Origin: Mobula hypostoma
Taxonomy: Eukaryota
Assembly (NCBI RefSeq): GCF_963921235.1
Contig: NC_086097.1
Span: forward strand, 169,510,001 to 169,574,000
DNA length: 64,000 nucleotides
Reading direction: 5' to 3'
Shown here: in pieces, positions 22,750-35,669 of the stretch
Layout of the letters: every line of letters begins with the position of its first letter
Numbering within the stretch: position 1 is the stretch's first letter
Translations under genes and position numbers: made by a program
Notes under the pieces: generated by a model
Databases searched by the model: none
The model's input: only the letters and a program-made list of their open reading frames with translations
What the model was told of the DNA's origin: nothing

Positions 22750-23419
22750 ATGACCTTTTAAGTGCGAACTTTTTTCTCTCTCCACAAACATTGCCTGAAT
22801 GCTGAATAATTTCCCTCCGTGGAAGGGCTGTTTAGATGCCGGGATAATTTGGAGGGGGTGGGGGGGTCCACAGGACAAGTATTGCACCTTCCACGGTTCC
22901 AGGCAATGGGGAGCGGTTTTGATTCGGGATGGGCAGGTCAGGGAGTCACGAAGAGCGGTCGGTCCTTGCAAAAAGGAGAGTGAGAAGATGAGATTGCTGA
23001 GATGAGATCGCATTCATAAAGAGGCCTGTGGGGTGAAAAGCGAAGGCAAACTCTGTTGGGTCTGAAGATAGGTGTTTTAGGAAGAGGACGGTGGAAACTG
23101 CTACACGTGGGGTGGGGTAACTGGACTAGATGACAGTACATTTCTATCGCTATAGGTTGGTATACAATAGGGTTTTAAGAGAATCCGAGTCTTCATGTTC
23201 ATCGGCCTTGGCCTGCTTTGGAGCCGGCAGCCGCGTGAAAACACCCCATACCCGGCACATCCCACTGACTGACTCCCGGAGAGTATTTTTTCTGCAAGGT
23301 CTTTGCCTTGTAGCCGTGGCCCAGGCCAGGAGTCAGACCCAGTCAGCGACCGGGAACATGTCTGGGCAAGGCTCGGGAATCATGGACCAGGCCCTGATAC
23401 CGCCCGCAGCTTCCCCCAC

Positions 23420-23530
23420 CTTCACGCTCTGGTCACTGGAGCAGGTCGCCATCCGTCGCCCGTGGAAATCGAAGGAGACATCGTGAATTAGGTCCTTATG
23501 ATCAGCCGCGATGCTTCGAGCCACGAACAT
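23420..23530 (-). CDS. SEH1L: SEH1L coding exon 1 ([37 protein letters not shown])
   Basis: The translation matches the vertebrate SEH1 N-terminus. ATG is at 23530-23528. The exon is 111 nt, phase 0, followed by donor GTGGGG at 23419. Confidence 0.98.
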
Positions 23531-23740
23531 CGCTCTCAACTGGCTAAAATCACGGGGGTACGAAGCCGAACGACAATACACGACCCCAGAAGTGATTGGC
23601 AAGGCCAAAAGCTTTGGCGCCGCGCTCGCCAGCCGCAATGACAGCAAGACCCCGGCAGGGGGCGCCTCATCCGGTGTGGTGGTAGCCATTGGACGGCAGG
23701 TGGAGCTGTATCTAATATTTGGTGTTGGAATTGGACGGTT
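23531..23740 (-). promoter_or_regulatory. SEH1L 5' UTR and CpG-rich promoter
   Basis: CpG-dense sequence directly upstream of the ATG. CCAAT boxes on the minus strand at 23595-23599, 23688-23692 and 23730-23734. CTCF-like CCGGCAGGGGGCGCC at 23652-23666. Confidence 0.7.
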
Positions 23741-24117
23741 CACTATTGTCATATGTACTGAGTTTCAGTGAAAAATTTGTCTTACATATTGTTCATACGG
23801 GTCAAGTTATTGAGTTAAAAGAAGATAAAACAATAACAATGCAGAATAAGGTGGAACAGCTACAGACAAATTGCTACTACGTCGACTCAGGCCTAGGGGG
23901 CCGGTGTCGGGCAAATTGCAGTGCAGGTAAAACATAAGGTGCAAGATAATAACAAGGTCAGGAGTCCAATTTATCATACTAGAGAACTATTTAATAGTTT
24001 TATTACATCAGAGTAGCAGCTGTACATGAGCCTGGTGGTACCAGTTATCAGGCTTTCGCATCTTCTACCCGATGACGGGGGATAGAAGAGAGAGTGGCTG
24101 GGGTGGGTGAGGTCTTT

Positions 24118-27100
24118 AACATAAGACCACAGGACTATGAGATGTAGGAGCAGAATTAGGCCATTTGGCCCATTGAGTCTGTTATGCCATTTCATCATAG
24201 CAGATTCAATTTTCCCTTAGCCCCAATCTCCCGCCTTGCCCCACCCCGTATCCCTTCATGCCCTGACCAATCAAGAATCTACCATCCTCTGCCTTAATTA
24301 TACATAAAGACATGGTCTCATAGCTGCCTGAGGCATCAAATTCCACAGATTCATTATGCTCTGGCTAAAGAAATTCCTCCTCATCTTTGTTCTAAAAGGA
24401 CACTGCTCCATTTTGTGGCTATATTGTCTGATCTTAAACATTTCCACCATCAAAAACATCCACTCTATCAAGGCCATTCACCATTCGATAGGTTTCACTT
24501 AGGTCACCCCTCATTCTTCTGAATTCCAGTTAATATAGACGTAGAGCCATCAGATGCTTTTCATATGACAAGCCATTTAATTCTGGAATCATTTTCATGA
24601 ACCTCCCTTGAACCCTTCACAGGTGCAACACATCCTTTCAAAGATAAGCGGCCCAAAACTGCTCATAATATTCCAAGTGAGGTCTCACCAGTGCTTTATA
24701 AAATTTCAACATTACATCCTTGCTTTTTTACAGCAGTGCTCTTGAAATGAATGTTAACACATTTGTCTTCCTCACCACAGACTTGGCCTGCAAATTAGTC
24801 TTAAGGGAATCGTGCACAAGGACTCCCAAGTCCCTTTGTACTTCAAATTTTTGTAATTGCTCTCCTTTTTAAAAAAATGTCAACCCTCTCATTTCTTCTA
24901 CCAAATTGCATGCCCATACACTTTTCAATACTCTAGTCCATCTGCCATTTCTTTGCCCATTCTCCTAATCCGTCTAAGTCCCTCTGTAACCTCTCTCATT
25001 TCCTCAAAACCACCTGCTTCTCTACCTATCTTCATATCGTCTGCAGATTTTGCAACAAAGCCATCAACACCATGATCCAAATCATTAACATGTAATGTAA
25101 GAAGAATCAGTCTCAACACAGACCCCTGTGGAATACCATTAGTCACCAGCAACCAACCAGAAAAGGTTCCCTTTATTACTATTCTTTGCCTTCTGCCAAT
25201 CAGCCACTGCTTTATCCATGCTAGAAGCTTTCCTGTAATACCATGGACTCGTGGCTTGTTAAGCAGCCTCGTGTGGCACCTTGTCAAATTTTTGTAATTT
25301 CTGAAAATTCAAGTACACAACATCAACCAATTGCCCATTGTCTATCCTGCTTGTTATTTCTTCGAAGAATTCTAACAAATTTGTAATAAGGTTTTCCCTT
25401 GAGAAAACCATGCTGATTATGGCCTATTTTATCATGTGCCTCCAAGTACCCTGAAACCACATCCTTAGTAATGGACTCTAACATCTTCCCAACCACTGAG
25501 GTCAGACTAACTGGCCTACAGTTTCCTTTTTTCTGCGTCTCTCCCTTCTTGAAAAGTGGAGTGACATTTGCATTTTTAAATCTTCCAGAACCATTCCAGA
25601 ATCTAGTGATTCTTGAAGTATCATTACTAATGCCTCCACAATCTTCAGCCAGCTCTTCCAGAACTCTGGGGTGTACACCATTTGGTCCATGTGACTTATC
25701 TAACTTCTGACCTTTCAGTTTCTCAAGAACTTTCTCGCTAGTAATGGTAACTTCACACACTTCATGACCCCTGACACCAGCAACTTCCACCATTCTGCTT
25801 GTTTCTTCCACAGTGAAGACCAATTCAAAATACTTATTGAATTCACCTGCCATTTCATTGTCCCCCACTACTACCTCTCCAGCATCATTTTCCAGTGGTC
25901 CATTATACATTCTCACCTCTCTTTTACACTTTATGTATCTGAAGAAACTTTTGCTATTCTCTTTAATATTATAGGCTAGCTTACATTTATATTCCATCTT
26001 TACCTTCTTAATGACTTTTTTTAGTTGCCTTCTGTTGGTTTTTAAAAGCTTCCCAATCCTGTAACTTCCCACTAATTTTGATCTATTATATGCCCTCTCT
26101 TTGGCTTTGACTCCCCTTGTTAGCCATGGTTGTGTCATCTTGCCTTTAGAATACTTCTTCCTCTTTGAGATGTATATATCCTGTGCCTTCCAAATTGCTT
26201 CCAGAAATTCCAGCCGTTGCTGCTCTGCTGTCATCCCTGCCAGTGTTTTTTTCCAATCAATTCTAGACAACTCCTCTATCATGCCTCTGTAATTTCCTTC
26301 ACTTCACTGTAATACTGATACATCTGACTTTAGCTTCTCCTTCTCAAATTTCAGGGTGAATTTGATTGTATTATGATCACTTGCCCCTATGGGTTCTTTT
26401 ACCTTAAGGTCTCTAATCAATTCTGGTTCATTGCACAACACCCAATCCAGAATAGCTGATCCCCAAGTGGGTTCAACCACGAGCTGCTCTAAAAAGCCAT
26501 CTTGAAAGCATTCTAGAAATCCCTGCTCTTAGAATTCAACAGCCAATCTACCTGCATATTGAAATCCCCCATGACTATTACAACATTGCCCTTTGGCATG
26601 TATTTTCCATCTCCTGTCATAACTTGTAGTCCATATTAGAACTACAGATCCCCTTACTACTGTTTGGGGATCTGTATATAACTCCCTTCAGGGTGTGTTT
26701 ACCCTTGCATTTCCTTAGCTCTATCCACAACGATTCAACACCTTCCAACCCTATGCCACTTCTTTCTAATGATTTAATTTCATTCTTTTTTACCAGCAGA
26801 GCCACGACAACTCTTCTGTAATATATATCCTTAGACATTAAGCTCCCAGCTATATTCTCCTTTCAGCCATGATTCAGTGATGCTTACAACATCTTACTTG
26901 CCAATCTGTAACTGTGCTACAAGTTCATCTACCTTATTCTGTATACTGCGTGCATTCAGATATAACATCTTTAGTCCTGTATTCATCCTTTTCAATTTTG
27001 TCCACCTTTTACGTTACAAGTCAACCTGTTGTCTGCAATTTTGCCCTATTATTAGCCTCTCCTTGCTAGGAGGCTCAGAACACATTTCCTCTATTTGTAA

Positions 27101-27650
27101 ATGAACTACCTTATCTTCAGCACTATCACCCTGGTTCCCGTTCCCCTGTCAAATTTGTTTAAACCACCTGAACAACTCTAGCCAACCTGCCCGCAAGATA
27201 TTGGACCTCCTCGGGTTCAGGTGTAACCCGTCCCTTTTGTATAGGTCATACCTGCTGCAGAAGAGACCCCGATGACCTGTAAATTTAAAGTCCTGCCCCC
27301 TGCACCCATTCCTCAGCCACGCATCTGCCAAATCATCCTATTCTTACCGTCACTGGCATGTGGCACAGACAGTAATCCAGAGATTACTACCCTGGAGGTC
27401 CTGTTTCTCCCTCGCTCCCTAAAATCTCTATTCAGAACCTCCTCACCTCCTCACCTATGTCATTGGTGCCAATATGCACCAAGATTTCTGGCTGCTCACC
27501 CTTGCCCTTGAAAATGCCATGGACATGATCCGAGACATCCCTGATCCTGGCAGCAGGGAAGCAGCATACCATCCAGATGACTGTATTGCGCCCACAGAAA
27601 CTCGTCTCTGTTCCTCTTACTGAAGAATCTCCTATCAACACTACAGTCCT
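24118..27650 (-). mobile_element. Near-full-length degraded CR1 LINE (ORF1 esterase, ORF2 endonuclease and RT)
   Basis: ORF1 SGNH/GDSL-like motifs LIGDSSVRG and VHIGTNDIG (27432-27641), endonuclease fragments, RT motifs NVTPLFKKG, GIPQGSVL and SADD, and a 3' tail near 24120. Many frameshifts. Confidence 0.9.
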
Positions 27651-28109
27651 CTTTTAGCTGTTTTGCTGAGGCAGCAAGAAGTATAGAGATAGAGGGAAGT
27701 TTGTGAAGGGTTTCCATGAAATACTAAACTGTGTCCAGAACTCTGCAGTTTCATGTGGTTAGTTGTCATACCAAGCCATGAAGCATCTGGACAGGATGCT
27801 TTCTATGGTGCATCAATCAAAAATTGGTCAGGGTTGACAAGGAGTTGCCAAATTTCTTCAGTCTCCCGAGGAAGAAGAGGCGTTAGTTATCTTTCTTGGC
27901 TGTGGCATCTATGTGCTTGGACCAGGACTGGCTATTTATGATGTTCGCTCCTAGGAACTTGTATCTCTCAATTCTCAACCATCGATGTGGATAGGAGCAT
28001 GTGCACAGCCCACTTCCTGAAATCAATGGCCAACTCTTTTGGTTTGCTGACATTTAAGGGAAAATTGTTGTCATGACATCACCGCTTTCCAAATGTGCTG
28101 TTATCACAT

Positions 28110-29478
28110 CCTTGATGCTGGAGTCAGTTATCAAGGATGTGATAACAGCACATTTGGAAAGCGGTGAAATGATCGGACAAAGTCAGCATGGATTTGTGAA
28201 AGTAAAATCATGTCCGACGAATCTCATAGAATATTTTGAGGATGTAACTAGTAGAGTGGATAGGGGAGAACCAGTGGATGTGGTATATTTGGATTTTCAA
28301 AAGGCTTTTGACAAGGTCCCACACAGGAGATTAGTGTGCAAACTTAAAGCACACGGTATTGGGGGTAAGGTATTGGTGTGGGTGGAGAATTGGTTAGCAG
28401 ACAGGAAGCAAAGAGTGGGAATAAACGGGACCTTTTCAGAATGGCAGGCGGTAACTAGTGGGGTACCGCAAGGCTCAGTGCTGGGACCCCAGTTGTTTAC
28501 AATATATATTAATGACTTGGATGAGGGAATTAAATGCAGCATCTCCAAGTTTGCGGATGACACGAAGCTGGGTGGCAGTGTAAGCTGTGAGGAGGATGCT
28601 AAGAGGATGCAGGGTGACTTGGATAGGTTGGGTGAGTGGGCAAATTCATGGCAGATGCAATTTAATGTGGATAAATGTGAAGTTATCCACTTTGGTGGCA
28701 AAAATAGGAAAACAGATTATTATCTGAATGGTGGCCGATTAGGAAAAGGGGAGGTGCAACGAGACCTGGGTGTCATTATACACCAGTCATTGAAAGTGGG
28801 CATGCAGGTACAGCAGGCGGTGAAAAAGGCGAATGGTATGCTGGCACTTATAGCGAGAGGATTCGAGTATAGGAGCAGGGAGGTACTACTGCAGTTGTAC
28901 AAGGCCTTGATGAGACCACACCTGGAATATTGTGTGCAGTTTTGGTCCCCTAATCTGAGGAAAGACATCCTTGCCATAGAGGGAGTACAAAGAAGGTTCA
29001 CCAGATTGATTCCTGGGATGGCAGGACTTTCATATGAAGAAAGACTGGATGAACTGGGCTTGTACTCATTGGAATTTAGAAGATTGAGGGAGGATCTGAT
29101 TGAAACGTATAAAATCCTAAAGGGATTGGACAGGCTAGATGCAGGAAGATTGTTCCCGATGTTGGGGAAGTCCAGAACGAGGGGCCACAGTTTGAGGATA
29201 GAGGGGAAGCCTTTTAGGACTGAGATTAGGAAAAACTTCTTCACACAGAGAGTGGTGAATCTGTGGAATTCTCTGCCACAGGAAACAGTTGAGGCCAGTT
29301 CATTGGCTATATTTAAGAGGGAGTTAGATATGGCCCTTGTGGCTACGGGGGTCAGGGGGTATGGAGGGAAGGCGGGGGCGGGGTTCTGAGTTGGATGATC
29401 AGCCATGATCATAATTGGCGGTGCAGGCTCGAAAGGCCGAATGGCCTACTCCTGCACCTATTTTCTATGTTTCTATGT
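28110..29478 (+). mobile_element. 5'-truncated CR1 LINE with an uninterrupted RT/C-terminal reading frame
   Basis: The 438-aa ORF 28073-29389 contains YLDFQKAFDKV, GVPQGSVLGP, FADD and RPHLEYCVQFWSP. The tail is ttctatgtttctatg. It sits inside an older Rex/L2 fragment. Confidence 0.95.
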
Positions 29479-29649
29479 TATTAAGGTCTCTAGCTCCTTC
29501 CTGTACTCCAACTCATCATTATTTGAGATACTGCTTGCTATGGTGATATCATCTGCAAACATGTATGTAGAGCAGATCTGGCCACACAGTCATGAGTGTA
29601 AATTTGCTGTCACTTCATTTCTGGGGTGACTGCAGAGTCTGTGGCATTT

Positions 29650-31725
29650 AGAATAATACAGCATGGTATAGGCCATTGAGACTATGAGGTTGTGCAAATC
29701 ATGATGCCAAGTTGAATTAAATATCCTCCTCTTGTGTATCATTTGTATCTCTCCTTTCCCTTCATAATTGTGTATCTATCTGAAAGCTTCTTAAACTCTC
29801 CCAGACCATCTGCTTCCACTCCTACCCTGGTAACCCATTCCAGGCACCTAACCCTCTCTGCATAATAAACATCTCCCTCATGTCTCCTTTGAACTTCCCC
29901 TCTCTAACTATAAAAGTGTATCCTCTAGTGTTTGACCTTTTTACCCTGGGGTAAATATTCTGACTGCTCACCCTTCCTATACTTGCCATCATTTTAAAAA
30001 CTTCTATCAGGTCTCCCCTCAGTCTCCAACACTCTCGAGAGAACAACCCAAGTTTGCCCAACCTTTCATTACAGCTCATACCTTCTTTTTTAAAAATTGT
30101 TTTTATTAATTATTATTGAAAATCAACAACAAAGAAAAATACATCAAGATAATCAAGACAACATATCCATATGTAGAATAAGAGTTAAACTATCAACCAA
30201 ACTGAACAATATATCAATAATAATAAAAAAATCAAAATGTTAAAGCTATTTTTTTTGGAAAAAAGAAAGAAAGAAAAAAGAACCTCTACTAACTAAAACA
30301 AAAAAAAACCCTAATAACAAAAAAAACAGGAAAAAAAAACCCATTTGGAGCACAAACCCGGAGCTATACACCATACAAGCTTCCATAAAAAAAAGACATT
30401 AATCCGCCAACCAAATCCATTTACCCAAGCATCAGAAAAGGACCTTCTTAATTAACTCAAATCAAATGATAATAATGGGCAAAAGACCCCCACCTTTTTT
30501 CGAAGTCAAATCTAGGATCAAAAGTTCAATTTCTAATTTTTTCCAAACTAAGACATAACATCACCTGAGAGAACCATTGTATCAAAGTGGGAGCAGAGGC
30601 ATCTTTCCATTTTAATAAAATAGCCCTTCTAGCCAATAATGTGATAAATGCAATTACGTGTTGGTCTGATATAGAAATGCCGTAAATATATTGATGAATT
30701 ATACCAAACAAAACTGTCAATTTATTAGGTTGTAAATTGATTTTTAAAGCTTTAGGAACTGTAGAAAAAATAGATTTCCGAAACTGTTTCAATACAGAAC
30801 ACGAACAAAACATATGTGTCAATGTAGCTATCTCAGTTTTACATCTATCACACTGACTTAGGAAATATTTTAGACAATCTCTCCTTTGTCAAATAATAAT
30901 GATGTACAATTTTAAATTGAATTAGAGAATGACTGGCACAAATCGAAGAAGAGTTGACCAACTTCAAAATTTGCAACCAATCCTCTGTTATCAAGGTCAT
31001 GTTAAGCTCTCTTTCCCAATCTTGCTTAATCTTAAGTAAAGGATAGTTATCCTGTTGTAATAGTAAAGTATAAATTTTCCCAATGAAACCTTTCACTAAA
31101 GGGTTCATTTTAAAAATGATGTCTAACAGGTCAGAGTCTTGTATATATGGAAAATTACTTAAATATTCTTGTAAGAAATGTCTGACCTGAAGATATTGCA
31201 AAAAAAGTGAATATGAGAGAGAATATTTAGTTACTAATTTCTCAAAGGACATCAAATCCATAAAGGGAAAGATTCCTTTATTCCTGTAAAGAGAAAAGGA
31301 AGGATCACTAAGTGAAGGTTTAAATAAAAAGTTTCAATAAATTAAACTAAAGGTTAAATTTTTTAAGATTAAAAAACTTACGAAACTGGTACCAGATTCG
31401 TAATGACTGCTTAATCATAGGATTTATATTTAGAATATTAATTTTGGCTAATTGTACAGGTAAAGGAGCTCCTAATAATGAAGTTAAATAAAATTGTTTC
31501 ACAATTTTCAATTCCAGATCAACCCATGGTGGTCGTTCCTTTTTATCGGTCCAATATAACCAAGAACACGCATAACGTATATTAACCACCCAATAGTACA
31601 TTCTTAAATTAGGCATCATACCTTCTAAACCAGGCAGCATCCTGGGAAACCTCTTCTGCACCTCTCTGTAGTCTCTACACCCTTTCTATAATGGGGTGAC
31701 AGGAACTGCACACAATGCTCCAAGT
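29650..31725 (-). mobile_element. CR1 3' fragment split by an L1 insertion
   Basis: PHLEHCVQFLSPHYRK...MLPGLEG (right part) continues as MSCNERLGKLGLFS...RLRGDLIEVFK (left part). Confidence 0.85.
30087..31615 (-). mobile_element. 5'-truncated L1-clade LINE with an 11-bp TSD
   Basis: TSD tcataccttct at 30076-30086 and 31616-31626. ORF2 C-terminal motifs PNLRMYYW, FLQYLQVRHF, LIQFKIVH and the zinc-knuckle C..C...THMF.SC. AATAAA and a short poly(A) at the 3' end. Confidence 0.9.
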
Positions 31726-34649
31726 GTGGGCTGACTGAAGTCTCATATATTGTAGCTGCTTTCCTTACTCTTGTAATCGAAATGAAAGGAAGCGTGGCCA
31801 CATGCTTTCTAAGCAGATGCAGTGGACGGGGCAGACTGGCAGGTGGCACTTTCTGCTATTAGCATGTTCTCCCTGTTTCATGGAGTGGAGTTTTGCCACA
31901 TATCTCAGAATGTTCTGTGGTCATAGTCCAGAGATACCCAGAAGCCTCAGGGATATTACACTTTTTAATGGAAGCTTTGAGGGCATCCATGAATCTTTTT
32001 CATTCATCTGCCTGGCAGTCTTTTGGAGTTTCTGTTTTGGGAGTTGAGTGCCAGGAAACAAACGAACATGACTCATTGCCAAAGATTTTGGCCTGGTTTG
32101 CATATCCGCCAGGGAATTTGGGAGATTCTGAACAGATAATGTTGGTGGGATCTCTCTTATGCCCTGAGGTACCTGGTGCAAGTGGTTCAAGTCTCCGAAG
32201 CATATGGGAGGGCTTGGATCACAACTGTTCAGAAGATCATGAACTTTGTCAGGAATTTTGAGATCTAGACTTATAAAAACCTTCAAACACTCTTTTCATT
32301 GGAGCCAAAGGATGTGCTGGTACATAAAAGGCAGTGATGATTTCTGTCATCAATGGCTGTCTTCACTGAGAGGAGGCTCCTGAGAAATAAGGAGTGGGCC
32401 ATGTTTGCCAGGGTCCTGTTGCAAACCTTAAGAGATGGTGGTCCTGAATGGTGAGGATAGGTTTGTAGAAGATTTGCAGATGGTCCATCCTTTCAGTGAA
32501 CAAATTGTTGGTGGCTTGGAGATTGGGTTTTGAATGCATGTATTAGGGGCATTAGCTGGCAGCAAGCACCATGTAATGCTGTGTACCATATTAATCAAGA
32601 CGTGGTGCTATGTCCATCTCTTGTAGCTTATTTTGACAAACAGGTAATGGCTATATCCAACTGTTAAAGTGGATAATCCAACAAAGAGCCGAAGTCCTTG
32701 AACAAATGGTGAGTGGAAAAGAATGCAGAGGACGAAGTCTCTGGCCCAGAAGCTCAACACAGTATCCTCCCATCAAGTGATACAAAGGATCTCCTGATGA
32801 GACAGGAAAGGACAGGATCTTAACTGTATGTCAAATCCAAGAAAAAAAACGTTGGGAGCAACACCTTACATGGCTCTTTTCAAACTCCCAAAAGCTTTTG
32901 ACTGTCAATCATGAGGTATTATGGAGAATCCTTCACCATTACCAATCTGCATGTAACCTGTACTCCGAATGGGTTTGCAACAGATATAATCCCAGCACGG
33001 CCTGTGCTAAGTGTACCAGAATCATTGCTCCAACCCTCTTCTTAATCTTCCCATTTGCAATACTTTGTATTGCTTCCATTAGTAGTTGAAATAGAGTTAA
33101 CCTGCAAGGCAGGTGTGAAACTGTTCAACTATTATCATCTCCACTTTGGAACAAAGATAAGTATAATGTTTAGGCGATGTTTGAGTATGTGCACACTCAG
33201 AGACTGCAATCCAATTCACTGTTGATTCTTCACTGAAGTGTGTGAGAAAGTGGTCCTGGAAAGTGCAGATAATCTTCTATATCTTGGGAGCCCCTTCTGA
33301 GCAAAGGCAGTTTTCGATGTTAAAGTCAATCACTGTTTCCAGCATTTAATATAGCCATGGTGCTTTTATATCTTAGACTTATAATGACACAGGAGACCAT
33401 TTTCTCACTGGGTCCACGCCCGCTTCCAGAGGAGATTCTCATTAATTCTATTCCCTGAATCCCAGCAATTTATTTTCTCATGCGCCCTTGATTATTTTTG
33501 CCAGAATTTACACTGGTCATAAGGAGATGTTAGACAAATTTGAGCTGTGTTTTCTGGAATGTTAGATACTGAGAGGTAACTTGATAGAAGTATTTAAAAT
33601 TGAAAGAAGCATAAAGAGTGTGAGTCTTTCTCCCAGGTTGGAAAATCAGAATCACAATTAGGTTTATTCCCACAGACATTTATCATGAATTGTGTTGTTT
33701 TTGTGGAGGAACTAAGCTGAAAGGTCTGCTTCCATGCTGTATATTTATGACTCTATGACTGCAAGTGGCTCCCCAAGAAGAATAACATATTGGCTGGTAA
33801 TTGAATGATTTGTTGTAAAAGGACATAACCAGGACAGGGAGGATTTAGCTTTTACTGGTGGGGGAGGGGGGCTGTTTGCCCAAAGAGTCAGATCAGGAGG
33901 CTATTCTGTCATATGTTGATCGGGCTGAAGTGTAGTTGGCTCAGTAGTTGGCAGGCATGTCATTGAGTAACCAACGGAAGACAAAGTAGTAGAAAGTCCC
34001 AAGTAGCCCATATATCTAGTTGTACACCACCTTCCCCAACTGTGGCAGGATCTGCAGAACCCACATCAGTCAGCTCAGAACCGGAAAGGAATCAAATATT
34101 CTTTGACCTCAAGGAGGGAATAGGATGGTCTGTTGCTCAGCAGGCAGCGAGATAAAGAAACACTTGTCTACATCACAAGTGTTGCCACCGATTACATAAG
34201 CTACTGAACACAATTTAATCAACTATTGATGTTTAATAGGGGCATAATTAAAGGTGAATTATTTTAAATATGTAGCTCTTCCTGTCTCGTGTACAGCATT
34301 TGTGTTCATAATGAGGCCTCTTCTACAGTGAAAGCTTTACAGGGCACTTGCCTTCAATCCACACGCCCCAAACTTCTGGTTCCCAGTCACTCTCATTCAG
34401 CATCACACAGCTATTCTCATCTCTCTTACGCTCTGAGACTGAAGTTCAATGCAACCATGAGGAACAACACCTCATCTCACGACTGGCCTCAGGGACTCAG
34501 TACAGAATTCTCATTCTTTAGATAAATCACTCTTCCTTCCAGTCTGTATTAGAACCAGGCATTTCTTCCTGGCATCATTTTGGCTCAGTTTCTTTGTGTT
34601 CTCTTTATATCACCTGGTCTGTTGAACATGCTATTAGCCTTGTTAGTAC

Positions 34650-35498
34650 TGTTACGTACCCCGTAACTGGGTTGCCAAACCAGCAGAAATGGACCACTTA
34701 GTTGGAGTCTGGATTACTGGAACTAAGAAGGTTTTATTAAAGAAATAAGTAACACAGTACTCTAAACGTAAGGATATAAATGCAACGGGTTAGCAATGAT
34801 AAAACACACATGTACACAGAACTAGGATAATAGGAATCAATCAAGCTCTATCGAAGTCTAGGGGTAAAATGATCAGTCTCAAGTGACACAGAGTTCAGTT
34901 CAGTTTCAGTTCGCAGGAATCGCTGTTGTGCTGCTGGGGAGAGAGAGAGAGAGAGAGAGCGAATGCTGATATTCAAATTGGATTCAACAGACCTTTGATA
35001 TTCCTCACAGTTAGCTTTCGGCGCGAGCCCTTTTTAATGTCTTCTGAGGTCACTGACTGTGACCCCTCCGTTCCGGATACAATCGTTCTTCTGCGGTGAA
35101 CCCGGCACCCAGGCAAGGGTGGACACACACACCAGGTTCCCGCCGATCGTACCTTCTCACCCTGTGCGTCTATGGTTGGTCCCGCGACCAGACCTCCAAA
35201 ACTCCCACCAACTCCCACCAACTCCCACCAGCTTTTCCAGGGTCTCATTATCTCGTGGTGTCGTGGTGTGTCCCTTGCCTTAGCGAACCTGTTCCTTTTA
35301 TCCCCCTGCTGGGGTATCGCCTGTCCATCAAACTTCAAACAGTTCGGGTTCAAAGCAACTGGTCTAAACAATACTCGGAACTGTGTCTCTTTTCGTTAAT
35401 CTCTCTCGTCTCTCTCTTATTAGCATTTTGAATGTTCCCCCCATTTGTCTCTTTCTTATCTCTCTTATCGGCATCAATCTTCTGATAACTTGGTCACA
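34650..35498 (-). repeat. 3' LTR (849 bp)
   Basis: Direct repeat of 38779-39629, preceded on the minus strand by the PPT gaagggtagggg (35499-35510). Confidence 0.95.
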
Positions 35499-35669
35499 CC
35501 CCTACCCTTCAAAGGATTTTTACCGGGGTAAAAATTATAGGCATGAATACATTATTAGATACACACAAATATACATGTTCATCAGCTATTTGGCTAATAC
35601 AGAGAATTTTAAGTTGCCAACACCTTGACAGACAGTCAGCAATCACATTTTCCGTTCCTTTTATATGTG

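Noticed and set aside
23333..23752. 139-aa ORF extending SEH1L exon 1 upstream
   Set aside because: It opens from an ATG inside promoter/repeat sequence. The conserved protein begins at MFVARS (23530), and open frames are common in GC-rich promoters.
28297..29412. 134-aa and 230-aa minus-strand ORFs
   Set aside because: These are antisense shadows of the CR1 RT frame with no independent protein features.
34973..35628. Several overlapping ORFs duplicated at 39055-39869
   Set aside because: They lie within the two LTRs, which explains the duplication. No recognisable domains.
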